Shown: piece by piece, positions 17,564-26,955 of the stretch | Numbering within the stretch: the stretch's first letter is position 1 | How the letters are laid out: each line of letters opens with the position of its first letter | Assembly (NCBI GenBank): GCA_964514595.1 | Contig: CAZEQZ010000001.1 | Location: forward strand, 107,914 to 171,913 | DNA length: 64,000 nucleotides | Reading direction: 5' to 3' | Source of the DNA: an uncultured Candidatus Saccharibacteria bacterium | GTDB lineage: Bacteria > Patescibacteriota > Dojkabacteria > SC72 | The notes under the pieces: model-generated | What the model saw: the letters and a program-made list of their open reading frames with translations, nothing else | Told to the model about the DNA's origin: nothing | The model's database searches: none | Made by a program: the position numbers and the translations under genes

Positions 17564-17592
17564 ATTTAATAATTGCATGCAATAATGATTGT

Positions 17593-18258
17593 ATGCAGTT
17601 TAATTCAGGACAACAAACAGAGGTGGTTTTTGTAGAACTACCTAAACTTCCCAAACAGCTGTACTACGAGGGTAATGTATCTCTATTAGAGAAGAGGTTA
17701 GTTACATTTGTTGGTACAAGAAACATTACGCAGTATGGGAAGTGGTGTATAGAGTATCTGTTACATGATTTTCTTAAGGAATTGGATATCGTAGTAGTGA
17801 GTGGATTGGCTAAGGGAGTCGATGCGTATGTGCATGAGGTGTGCCTTAAAAGGGGAATAAATACAATTGCGATAGTTCCAGGGGGGATTGATACTGCTGT
17901 TCCTAAATGTAATAGGGAACTATTTGAAAACATAAAGAGAAAGGGACTGGTTCTTGCGGAGTTCCCAAAAGATACTTTTCTAAAAAGAGAGATGTTTGTT
18001 TTGCGAAATAGACTACTTGCAGGAATCTCTGAAATGACAATTGTTATAGAGGCCGGATTGGGAAGTGGATCCCTGATCACAGCAGGTTTGGCTTTGGAAT
18101 TTAACAGGGATGTATACGTAATTCCTGGTAATATTAATAACAAAATGTCACACGGTTGTAACATACTTGCTAGGGAGGGGGCTGGTATAATCACATGTTT
18201 AGATGACTTTAAGCAAGTACTGGGAGTTGAGGATGATCAAGTATTGTTTAAGTTGTAG
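17593..18258 (+). CDS. dprA: DNA-processing protein DprA (core domain only)
   Basis: VGTR, VVSGLAKGVD, FVLRNRLLAG, EAGLGSGSLITA. Confidence 0.93.
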   Translation: MQFNSGQQTEVVFVELPKLPKQLYYEGNVSLLEKRLVTFVGTRNITQYGKWCIEYLLHDFLKELDIVVVSGLAKGVDAYVHEVCLKRGINTIAIVPGGIDTAVPKCNRELFENIKRKGLVLAEFPKDTFLKREMFVLRNRLLAGISEMTIVIEAGLGSGSLITAGLALEFNRDVYVIPGNINNKMSHGCNILAREGAGIITCLDDFKQVLGVEDDQVLFKL

Positions 18259-18321
18259 TTGAGGTGTATAAGGAAGATGAACAAATTGACAATGTAAACA
18301 TATATACTGTATTTTAAACAG

Positions 18322-20448
18322 ATGGCAAAAACAAATTATAAAAATCTTTTGATAGTAGAGTCACCTTCTAAGGCGAAGACCATAAATAAGTATCTAGGAG
18401 ATGATTTTAAGGTAATGGCAACAGTAGGTCATATAATTGATCTCCCCAAAAGTAATCTAGGAGTAGATGTAGAGAATGGATATGAGCCTCAGTTAGAAAC
18501 GATATATGGGAAAGGAAAGATTATTAAAGAATTAAAGAAAGCAGTCCCAAAAGATGGAAATGTATATTTAGCAATGGATCCAGATAGGGAGGGGGAGGCA
18601 ATAGCATACCATGTAATGGATTCTTTGGGATTAAAAAATGCTAAGAGAGTGACATTTCATGAGATAACAGCAGATGCCGTAAATGAGGCGGTAGGTAAGC
18701 CAGGTAATATAAATATTGATTTAGTAGAGGCTCAGAAGGCAAGAAGAGTATTAGATAGGTTGGTAGGGTATAAGCTCTCCGAATTAATATGGAAGAAGAT
18801 ATGGTACGGTCTTTCTGCTGGAAGAGTTCAATCAGTTGCATTGAGATTGGTAGTAGAAAAAGAAGAGGAGAGGGAGGCATTTAATTCAGAAGAGTATTGG
18901 GAGGTATCTGTAAAGCTAAAAGATGGGAAAGAAAATATTTTGATAGCTAAATTAGCTAAAAAAGATGGAAAGAAGTATGTACCAAAGAGTAAGGAAGAGG
19001 TAGAGAAATTTGAAAAAGAGATAGGGGAGAGTAAATTTTGGGTTAAAGATGTTACTAAAAGGAATGTTAGTAAGCATGCTTATCCTCCTTTCACAACATC
19101 TAAACTACAGCAAGTTGCAAATAATGCTTTGGGATACACTTCTAAAAGGACTATGAATGTAGCACAAACCCTATATCAAGCCGGATACATTACATATATG
19201 AGAACAGATTCAGTGTATCTAAGTGACAAGGCGATTGGAGAGATTAGAAAGTTGGTTATAGGGAAATATGGGGAAAAGTATTTACCAGAGAAGCCCAATT
19301 ATTACAAAAATAGATCTAAAAATGCACAAGAAGCGCATGAGGCTATAAGGCCAACAGACTTTAATCTCGATTTTTCTAAAATAGAGAAAGAGCATGGAAG
19401 ATCTGCATCCAAATTGTATGAATTAATATGGAGAAGGGCAGTTGCAAGTCAAATGAGTAGTAAAGAAGTAGAGGTATTAAATGTTTCTTTGGTTCCAAAG
19501 GATATCAAAAATCCTGAATATATATTTACAATGGGTGGTGAAAAAACAATATTTGATGGCTTTAGGAAGGTTTTGGGGATCAAGAAGGGGGATGATGATT
19601 TACAAGAGATAGAGCAAATCAAAAAGGGAGATGAATTAGAGAAGGTAGAATTTGTAAATGATCAGAAATTTACACAACCTCCTGCTAGATACACAGAGGC
19701 ATCTTTGATAAAGAAATTAGAAGCATTGGGTATAGGTAGGCCTTCCACATACGCTTCCATAATATCAACAATACAGGGTAGGGGGTATGTAGAAATGGAG
19801 GCTAGAGCGATACTTCCAACGGATGTCGGTAGAGTTGTTACAAATTTCTTAAGGGATAATTTCAAGAGGTTAGTTGATTATGAGTATACTGCCAAAGTAG
19901 AGGACGAGTTAGATGATATAGCTTTGGGCAAGAAAAAATATATACCGGTAATAGATGATGAATATAAGCCATTAATGGATAGTATAGGGGTGGCAGATAA
20001 AAACGTTAAAAAAGATGATGTCGTGATATTGGGGAAGTCTGATGAAAAATGTCCTGAGTGTAAGGGGGAGATGGTTGTTAGGGTTGGTAGGTATGGCAAA
20101 TTTTTAAGTTGTGCTAAATTCCCAGAGTGTAAAGGTATGAAGGATTTGAGTGGAGGAGAAGAGGAATTAGATAAGGAGAAGTATTTTAAGCCTAAGGAAT
20201 GTCCTGAGTGTAAGAGTAATATGGTTTTAAAGAATGGAAAGTATGGTAAATTTTGGGCTTGCGAGAAATATCCTGAGTGTAAGGGTATTGTTTCTTTACT
20301 TCTGAATGAAAAATGTCCTGAGTGTGGTCACCATTTAGTGGAGAGAAGGGGAAAATGGGGAAGATCCTTCACAGGATGTAGCAATTATCCTAATTGTAAA
20401 TACATTAAGAAGGCTAAGAGTAAGCGTAAGAAAAAATCGAGAAGTTAA
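18322..20448 (+). CDS. topA: DNA topoisomerase I with three C-terminal Zn ribbons
   Basis: IVESPSKAKTI, DPDREGEAIA, SAGRVQS, ITYMRTDS, three CPEC repeats. Confidence 0.98.
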   Translation: MAKTNYKNLLIVESPSKAKTINKYLGDDFKVMATVGHIIDLPKSNLGVDVENGYEPQLETIYGKGKIIKELKKAVPKDGNVYLAMDPDREGEAIAYHVMDSLGLKNAKRVTFHEITADAVNEAVGKPGNINIDLVEAQKARRVLDRLVGYKLSELIWKKIWYGLSAGRVQSVALRLVVEKEEEREAFNSEEYWEVSVKLKDGKENILIAKLAKKDGKKYVPKSKEEVEKFEKEIGESKFWVKDVTKRNVSKHAYPPFTTSKLQQVANNALGYTSKRTMNVAQTLYQAGYITYMRTDSVYLSDKAIGEIRKLVIGKYGEKYLPEKPNYYKNRSKNAQEAHEAIRPTDFNLDFSKIEKEHGRSASKLYELIWRRAVASQMSSKEVEVLNVSLVPKDIKNPEYIFTMGGEKTIFDGFRKVLGIKKGDDDLQEIEQIKKGDELEKVEFVNDQKFTQPPARYTEASLIKKLEALGIGRPSTYASIISTIQGRGYVEMEARAILPTDVGRVVTNFLRDNFKRLVDYEYTAKVEDELDDIALGKKKYIPVIDDEYKPLMDSIGVADKNVKKDDVVILGKSDEKCPECKGEMVVRVGRYGKFLSCAKFPECKGMKDLSGGEEELDKEKYFKPKECPECKSNMVLKNGKYGKFWACEKYPECKGIVSLLLNEKCPECGHHLVERRGKWGRSFTGCSNYPNCKYIKKAKSKRKKKSRS

Positions 20449-20482
20449 TCTTTTTTTAATAACTGTCTGATACGATAGTTAT

Positions 20483-21118
20483 ATGCTTCCAAGAGAGAAA
20501 TATTTAGAAAAGGGTATAGATAATCTTAGTGATATGGACTTAATAGCTATATTAGTTGAAAGTGGTATTAAGGGAAAGGACTTTTTAAGTGTTTCTAGAG
20601 GAGTAATTAGCAAGATTAGAAGAGTGTTAAATAAGGGAAGAGAGATTACCATTTCCGATATTACAGAGGTTGATGGGATAGGGATAGTTACGGCTATGCG
20701 AATATTGTGTGGGATTGAGTTGGGACGGAGATTATATGATTTGTCTTGTAAGGAAAGGAGTTTTGTCAGGAATTCGCAAGAGGCATATGTGATTTTGAGA
20801 GATGTGGGGAAAAAGAAACAGGAGCATATAGTTGCGTTATTTCTTAATAGTAGATTTGAAGTACTGGATAGGAGGGTAATATGTATTGGAAGCTTGGATG
20901 GGGTGGGGGTTTTGCCTAGGGATATAATAATTCCAGCTTTAGAGTTAAATGCTAGTAGTGTGGTATTGGCACATAATCATCCATCAGGAGATGCGACTCC
21001 TAGCTTAGAAGATATAGAGATCACAAAGAGGATTAAGGAAGGTTTGGATTTGGTTGGGTTAAATCTTTTAGACCATATTGTAATAGGGAAAGATGAGTGG
21101 AAGAGGGTGGAGGTGTGA
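20483..21118 (+). CDS. radC: RadC family JAB-domain protein
   Basis: PREK...LSDMDLIAIL, HNHPSGD...S..D, LLDHIVIG. Confidence 0.93.
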   Translation: MLPREKYLEKGIDNLSDMDLIAILVESGIKGKDFLSVSRGVISKIRRVLNKGREITISDITEVDGIGIVTAMRILCGIELGRRLYDLSCKERSFVRNSQEAYVILRDVGKKKQEHIVALFLNSRFEVLDRRVICIGSLDGVGVLPRDIIIPALELNASSVVLAHNHPSGDATPSLEDIEITKRIKEGLDLVGLNLLDHIVIGKDEWKRVEV

Positions 21119-21218
21119 ATAGGATTCGCAATACCCATAGTGTGTTAAAAAGTATATATAAATGCAGTATAGTATTTATATCACCAGGTGTTTTTGTGCA
21201 AACCGGACGTAGGTTGGC

Positions 21219-21309
21219 TTGTCAACAGAAGGATTTGTTTGTATAATCCTACAGTTATTTAATCTCATATATCTTTGTTCCTATCCTGGACATAGTCCAA
21301 CAAAGATAT
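21219..21309 (+). promoter_or_regulatory. rpsB promoter and structured 5' leader
   Basis: TTGTCA-17 nt-TATAAT (21219-21247), then an 11-bp stem ATATCTTTGTT/AACAAAGATAT enclosing GGAC-ATA-GTCC. Confidence 0.65.
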
Positions 21310-21330
21310 TAAAAAAGGAAAGGAAATATT

Positions 21331-22461
21331 ATGACAGAGGTCAAAAAAGAAGTCTTAAAGAAAACAGAGACTAAAAACAAGAGTTTTCAAGTACCAGAGC
21401 TCATAGATCTACTTAAGGCGGGGTGTCATTTTGGGCATAAAAAGAGTGCCTGGAATCCTCGTATGAAGAAGTACATATATGAGGAGAGGAATGGAATCCA
21501 TATTATAGATTTGGTTAAAACAAGGGAGATATTGGAAGGTACTCTTGCTGAGTTAAGTAAATTCGCTGAAAAGGGGAATGTTTTAATAGTTGGTACAAAG
21601 GGACAAGCAGCTTCTATTGTTCAGAAGGTTGCAGAAGAAAAGGGTATGTTCTATATAAATAAGAGGTGGATGGGTGGTTTGTTTACTAACTTTGATGCTA
21701 TAAAAAAGAGTGTACAGGGATTGGTTAGGATGGAGGAGCAATTAGCAGGAGGTTTAGAAGGTTTGGTTAAAAAAGAGAGACTTCTACTCCAAAGAGATGT
21801 TGAAAGATTAAACAAGATATATAGTGGAATTAAATTCATGGATAAGCTCCCTGAAGTAGTTGTGGTTGTAGATAGTAAGGTAGAGAAAAATGCTATTAAA
21901 GAGGCTAGGGTTGCCGGAATTCCAATTGTTGCTTTGATAGATACTAATTGTAATCCTGATCTCATAGATTTTCCCATACCAGCAAATGATGATTCTATAA
22001 AAAGTATTTCATTGTTCGTAAATCTATTTGGAGATGTAGTGGGTGAATCAAAGAACTCCCTATCTCTAATATCTTTGAGAAGGGATCATGAGGCTAAATT
22101 AGAAAAAATAAATAGAGAGTATCTAGAGGAAAGAGAGAGAAGGGAGAAGATGGAAGAGCAGGAGAGAGAAAGGATGAAAGCATTGAGGGAAGGGAAGGTT
22201 AAGGCTGACACTACAGGATCTGTGGTGAGGGTTGTGAAAAAGGAGAAGGATATAGATGCAGAAATAAAGGCTGCTGAAGAAGAGAAAGAGAAATCCGTAA
22301 AGATAGAGGAGTTAGGATTAGGTAGTAGGATTGAGAAATCACTGAAAGATGCTAAGATTAAAACAGTAAGTCAACTTAAAGGGAAGAGCGAGCAAGAACT
22401 TTTAGAGATAAAAGGTATAGGGGAGAAAGCTGTTAAGGATATACTTAAAGCAATTAAATAA
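21331..22461 (+). CDS. rpsB: 30S ribosomal protein S2 with coiled-coil linker and C-terminal alpha-CTD-like HhH domain
   Basis: LLKAGCHFGH, WNPRM, RWMGGLFTN, DTNCNP, PANDD; extra C-terminal IEELGL...IKGIGEK. Confidence 0.97.
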   Translation: MTEVKKEVLKKTETKNKSFQVPELIDLLKAGCHFGHKKSAWNPRMKKYIYEERNGIHIIDLVKTREILEGTLAELSKFAEKGNVLIVGTKGQAASIVQKVAEEKGMFYINKRWMGGLFTNFDAIKKSVQGLVRMEEQLAGGLEGLVKKERLLLQRDVERLNKIYSGIKFMDKLPEVVVVVDSKVEKNAIKEARVAGIPIVALIDTNCNPDLIDFPIPANDDSIKSISLFVNLFGDVVGESKNSLSLISLRRDHEAKLEKINREYLEERERREKMEEQERERMKALREGKVKADTTGSVVRVVKKEKDIDAEIKAAEEEKEKSVKIEELGLGSRIEKSLKDAKIKTVSQLKGKSEQELLEIKGIGEKAVKDILKAIK

Positions 22462-22478
22462 TTTTTAATTTGCGAATT

Positions 22479-23189
22479 ATGGCAGTTACTGTCGAGGATA
22501 TAAAAACATTAAGGGCAAAGACATCCGCTGGAATGGCGCTTTGTAAAGAGGCGTTAACAAAATCTGATGGAGACATGAAGAAGGCAGTTGAGTATATTAA
22601 TAAGAGAAGTGATGTGATAAGTAGGTTAAGGAATTTAACAGGTGCTAAGATAGGATTGTGTAAATTGGCTTTTGAAGAAGCTGAGAAAGATTTTGAGAAA
22701 GCAGTTGAATTAATAAAGGAAAGAGGTTGGGATGAGCCTATAGGGGAAGGTTTAGAGGAGAAGAGGGAGGGAATTATTGAATCATATGTTCATGGAAAGG
22801 ATCAAAGATTAGCTGCTTTAGTAGAGGTGCATTGTAAGACAGATTTTGTGGCTAGAAATGAAGATTTTAAAAAATTCGCTCATGAGGTTGTTCTTCAGGT
22901 TGCAGCCATGAAGCCAGAGTATGTGTCCAAAGAGAGTATAACTGATGAGAAAACGGATAGTTTAAGAGAACTATTTACTAAAGAAGCAAAGAGTGAGGGC
23001 AAGCCAGATAATATAGTAGAGAAGATAGTAGAAGGGAAGTTAAATAAATACTACGAAGAGAAATGTTTGCTTGAGCAGAAGTGGTTTAAAGATGATTCTA
23101 AGAGTATGGGAAATCTTCTGGATGATGCAATACAGAAAATGGGTGAGCCTATAGAGATTAAGAGATTTCTCGTTTGGGAATTGAAATAA
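22479..23189 (+). CDS. tsf: Elongation factor Ts (short type) with duplicated N-terminal UBA-like domain
   Basis: LRAKTSAGMALCKEAL, EGIIESYVH, EVHCKTDFVA; ATG at 22479 preferred as start. Confidence 0.95.
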   Translation: MAVTVEDIKTLRAKTSAGMALCKEALTKSDGDMKKAVEYINKRSDVISRLRNLTGAKIGLCKLAFEEAEKDFEKAVELIKERGWDEPIGEGLEEKREGIIESYVHGKDQRLAALVEVHCKTDFVARNEDFKKFAHEVVLQVAAMKPEYVSKESITDEKTDSLRELFTKEAKSEGKPDNIVEKIVEGKLNKYYEEKCLLEQKWFKDDSKSMGNLLDDAIQKMGEPIEIKRFLVWELK

Positions 23190-23262
23190 CAAGGCAGCTT
23201 CTCCCTTTATCTTTCCTCCTAATTAATATACAATTATCCTATTAAAATATTAATATTTTGGT

Positions 23263-23808
23263 ATGGATATAGAATCATTTAAAACAGATATAGGGAAGTG
23301 TTTGGATCATATAAAGGAGGATCTATCACAGATAAGGACAGGAAGGGCAACTCCCGAATTAGTTGAAGAGGTGCTAATTAATGCGTATGAGACTACCTCT
23401 CCACTAAAGAATTTAGCAACAATTAGTGCAGTTGATGCTAAAACAATTAATATTCAACCATGGGATAAGACAATACTAGAAAGTATCGCGAAAGGAATCA
23501 GTAGTGCCAATTTGGGATTTTCTCCAATAACTGAGGGTGATAGGGTATTGGTTAAGATACCTGATTTAACTGAGGAAAGAAGATTAGAATATGTCAAAGT
23601 GATGAAGGAGAGAATAGAGGATGGAAGGGTAGCAGTAAGGCAGGTAAGGCAGAGGTATATGAAAGAGATAGATGAAGCACAGAGGGGAGGTTTTTCAGAG
23701 GATGAGGCTGATAGGTTAAGGGATGAGATAGAGAAGGTTGTAAAGGAAGCAAATCAACAAATAGAGGATATAAGGAACGCTAAAGAGGAAGAGCTACTAA
23801 CTATTTAA
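23263..23808 (+). CDS. frr: Ribosome recycling factor
   Basis: IRTGRATP, IQPWDK, PDLTEERR. Confidence 0.97.
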   Translation: MDIESFKTDIGKCLDHIKEDLSQIRTGRATPELVEEVLINAYETTSPLKNLATISAVDAKTINIQPWDKTILESIAKGISSANLGFSPITEGDRVLVKIPDLTEERRLEYVKVMKERIEDGRVAVRQVRQRYMKEIDEAQRGGFSEDEADRLRDEIEKVVKEANQQIEDIRNAKEEELLTI

Positions 23809-23824
23809 CTTTTGCTTTCAATAT

Positions 23825-24958
23825 ATGCTTTCAATCTTAGTAAACATTTTGCTTTTCATACTAGTTATAGGCTTTTTAACTTTTATCCATGAGTTAGGTC
23901 ATTTTTTATCTGCAAAATTGGTTAAAGCTAAGGTATATGAGTTTTCTTTAGGTTTTGGTCCTAAACTACTATCCAAGAAATACAAAGGAACACTGTATTG
24001 TATTAGGATAATACCTCTTGGAGGGTTTGTTAAGATACTGGGGGATGGTGATCCGGGAGAATATGAAAAGGGAAAGGATCTTAATAAAAGTGAATATAAT
24101 CTAAATAATAAACCTAAGGTAGTCCAGATGTTTGTTATGTTAGCTGGTGTGTTTATGAATATTATTTTTGCAATACTCTTCTACTACATAATATTAGGTT
24201 TAAGTAGTTGGAAAACGTCCCCTATATATATAAATATGGAAGGAATAGATATTGTTGGAGTAGAGGTGAGGAAGGTTGTGGGCTATGAGGTAGCTCCGGA
24301 GAGTAATGCAGAGATAGCAGGGCTTCCTCAGTATGGAATAATAAGTGAGGTAGATGGAGAGAGAGTTACTGACAGAGATGGGTTAATAAATAGTCTAAAA
24401 GCGAAGGAAAGGGTTGATGTTTTGGTATGCAATGATTCTTTGGAAGGATGTTCTAACTATGACGTAGAGGTCGATGAGGAAGGTAAAATAGGTATATTTG
24501 TATCCCATGGATATATCTTGGATTACGAGAATGTTAAGCTATCTGCCGGAGGCGTATACTTGATAAATAATCTTAAGATTATTTCCAGAGTTCTAGGATC
24601 TATGATAGGTACTGCGAGAGAGACTGGAGATTACTCAGAACTTTCAAATACAGTATCTGGCCCTATAGGTATATTTCTTTTGATTGATAATTTAAAGAGT
24701 AGGGGTATAGTTGTATTCCTTTCTTTAATAGCAGATTTATCTATATCTTTAGCAATTATGAACCTTCTTCCTGTTCCTGCTTTGGATGGGGGAAGAGTTT
24801 TAATATTACTAATAGAGGGGATGTTCAGGAAGGATCTAGATGAAAGAATAGAGGCGATCATAATCAATATTAGCATGGCATTTTTAATAATCTTGATAAT
24901 TCTAATTATGATAAAGGATGTCGTGAATATAGATAATATGAGAAATATGTTTGGCTAA
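23825..24958 (+). CDS. rseP: RseP-like M50 metalloprotease with PDZ-like region
   Basis: HELGH, FSLGFGP, PLGGFV, SGPIGI, NLLPVPALDGG. Confidence 0.9.
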   Translation: MLSILVNILLFILVIGFLTFIHELGHFLSAKLVKAKVYEFSLGFGPKLLSKKYKGTLYCIRIIPLGGFVKILGDGDPGEYEKGKDLNKSEYNLNNKPKVVQMFVMLAGVFMNIIFAILFYYIILGLSSWKTSPIYINMEGIDIVGVEVRKVVGYEVAPESNAEIAGLPQYGIISEVDGERVTDRDGLINSLKAKERVDVLVCNDSLEGCSNYDVEVDEEGKIGIFVSHGYILDYENVKLSAGGVYLINNLKIISRVLGSMIGTARETGDYSELSNTVSGPIGIFLLIDNLKSRGIVVFLSLIADLSISLAIMNLLPVPALDGGRVLILLIEGMFRKDLDERIEAIIINISMAFLIILIILIMIKDVVNIDNMRNMFG

Positions 24959-26247
24959 TGGAAGTAAAGCTGCCAAGGAGGGTAAACAAAAGGAATATCA
25001 TTATTATGTTAGTTCTTTCTTTCTTGTTAGCCTTTTCTGGAATACTTCTGCTTTGGAGAGTTAATCAGGAAAGATCTTTAGCACCAGAAATAGCCGATGC
25101 TGGATGTATAGGCACAGACGGAAAAGTACTTCCAGGCTGTCTTCGTTGTCAGTGTGAGTCTGGTGTATGGGTAGTAGGTACGGGAACCAGTTGCTATATA
25201 TTATGCGGAGAGAAAGGACAAAACAAACCTCCACCATCTGCAGGTGGGTCATGCGGATCAGGTAGTCAATGTCCAGCTTGTGAATGGCCTAATGTAGCAT
25301 ACTGTGGGTGTAAGGGTGATTCAAATCCTAGTCATCTCAAATGTGGATGTAGGGCATACAATAATTTCTCCTGTGGACCTGCCTGTGGTCAAATTTCTAG
25401 CTGTACTCCGCCTTCATGTCCTTCCGGTTGGGTAAACTGTGGTGTGTCAGGAGAATCAGGCTCTAGGGCATCAGGATGTCAGGCAAAGACCTCATGTAAT
25501 GGGAAATGTTTGGGATGTCAAAACAAATTTGTTGTAAAGAGGTATTGTAAGAAACCCACAGTTACTGCTGCCAACGTATGTGATAGCGGAGAGTGGGAAA
25601 AGAAACCATCTGGAACGTATGAATATTGTGAAGATATATCATATGCCTTTATCGCCAAAGATTCGGATGGTATAGATGGATCTTCGATAAGTGTTAAATT
25701 AAACGGTAGTAACAGAACTGGCTTCACTAAGGCTGAAAAGGCAACAGAGACTAAAGTTAGTGAAATATTAAGCTCTCAGGATAGTTGTTTGGAGCCAGGG
25801 GAATACAGTATAAGTAGTAGTTGGAAAGATAAAAAAGGAGCAGGAGGGGATGGTTGTGTTCTCTCTGCGACCTTCACTGTTTTGGAGAAGCCAGAAGAAC
25901 CCCCTCCACCAGAGGAACCACCTCCACCTGAGGAACCACCAGCATCAGAGGAGCCTCCGATTGTAGAGGATGTAGTGATTCCGGAAACAGGTATATTTGA
26001 TGAAACAGAGTCATCCTTAATCTTTGGAGCAATTCTCCTCTTCTTGGGCTTCACTTGGACATGGATAGGAGAAAGAATATATCTCTCTGTAGGTTTAATT
26101 GGAAATATGGTAGAGAAATTAAAAATAGGTTTTAATAAAGTGAGAAAAAATATTGAGAGTAGTAGTAAAAGAATGAAAAAAGAGAAAGAATTAAGGGCAA
26201 ATAATCGAAGAAAGGAAAATTTCGAAAAGAAAGTGGTAAAGAAGTAA
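24958..26247 (+). CDS. Cys-rich surface protein with Pro/Glu linker and IPETG-TM-basic tail
   Basis: N-terminal TM, 27 Cys, PEEPPP repeats, IPETG, TM, Lys/Arg-rich tail. Confidence 0.8.
   Translation: MEVKLPRRVNKRNIIIMLVLSFLLAFSGILLLWRVNQERSLAPEIADAGCIGTDGKVLPGCLRCQCESGVWVVGTGTSCYILCGEKGQNKPPPSAGGSCGSGSQCPACEWPNVAYCGCKGDSNPSHLKCGCRAYNNFSCGPACGQISSCTPPSCPSGWVNCGVSGESGSRASGCQAKTSCNGKCLGCQNKFVVKRYCKKPTVTAANVCDSGEWEKKPSGTYEYCEDISYAFIAKDSDGIDGSSISVKLNGSNRTGFTKAEKATETKVSEILSSQDSCLEPGEYSISSSWKDKKGAGGDGCVLSATFTVLEKPEEPPPPEEPPPPEEPPASEEPPIVEDVVIPETGIFDETESSLIFGAILLFLGFTWTWIGERIYLSVGLIGNMVEKLKIGFNKVRKNIESSSKRMKKEKELRANNRRKENFEKKVVKK
25891..25959 (+). repeat. 18-nt period coding tandem repeat (PEEPPP, about 4 copies)
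   Basis: CCAGAAGAACCCCCTCCA CCAGAGGAACCACCTCCA CCTGAGGAACCACCAGCA TCAGAGGAGCCTCCG. Confidence 0.85.
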
Positions 26248-26292
26248 TACGGTGTGATATAATCACCAAGCTATAATATTAAAAAATAAACA

Positions 26293-26493
26293 ATGTCTGT
26301 AATAGTACATTCTAACGAAAATATAGATAGTGCACTCAAAAGACTTCACAGAGAGGTTCTTAGGGAGAAGATATTAGAAACATATAGGGCTAAGCAGTAT
26401 AGAACTAAGAAAGCAGATGAAGATATACAGAAGAGAAGAGAGTGGGCTAAGATGAAAAGAAGAAGAAGAGCAGCTGCAAGAAGAGCTAAATAA
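26293..26493 (+). CDS. rpsU: 30S ribosomal protein S21
   Basis: ENIDSALKRL, basic tail, upstream of yqeY. Confidence 0.9.
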   Translation: MSVIVHSNENIDSALKRLHREVLREKILETYRAKQYRTKKADEDIQKRREWAKMKRRRRAAARRAK

Positions 26494-26510
26494 ATTGTCA
26501 TTTTCCTCCA

Positions 26511-26954
26511 ATGTCTTTAATGGATACATTAAGAAAGGATATGTTTGATGCTTCTAAGAAAGGAGAGGTGGAGAAAGCAGATATACTCAAAATGGCAATG
26601 GCCTCAATTAAGAATGCTCAGATTGCTTCCGAGAAAGAGCTGACAGATACGGATATAGAGCTTATATTAAGAAAAGAGGTAAAGAAGGTTAAAGATTCCA
26701 TAGAACAGTTTGAGAAAATGGGAAGGGAAGATCTGTTAAAGAAGGAGGAGCTTCAATTAGAGGTTTTGCAATCATATCTGCCGGAATTAATGAGTGAAGA
26801 GGATGTAGAAAGGGTTGTTGAGGAGAAAATAGAGCAATTGGGAGCAAAAGATATGAGGGATATGGGTAAGGTTATGGGTGTTGTGATGAAAGAATTAAAT
26901 GGAAAGACAGATGGTAGCACTGTGAAGAGTATAGTTGAGAAGCTTCTTAGTTAG
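26511..26954 (+). CDS. yqeY: GatB/YqeY domain protein
   Basis: YLPELMSEE, DMGKVMG; follows rpsU. Confidence 0.92.
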   Translation: MSLMDTLRKDMFDASKKGEVEKADILKMAMASIKNAQIASEKELTDTDIELILRKEVKKVKDSIEQFEKMGREDLLKKEELQLEVLQSYLPELMSEEDVERVVEEKIEQLGAKDMRDMGKVMGVVMKELNGKTDGSTVKSIVEKLLS

Positions 26955-26955
26955 C

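Noticed and set aside
18286-18308. TTGACA...TATACT promoter before topA
   Set aside because: Spacing is only 11 nt, so it was not called.
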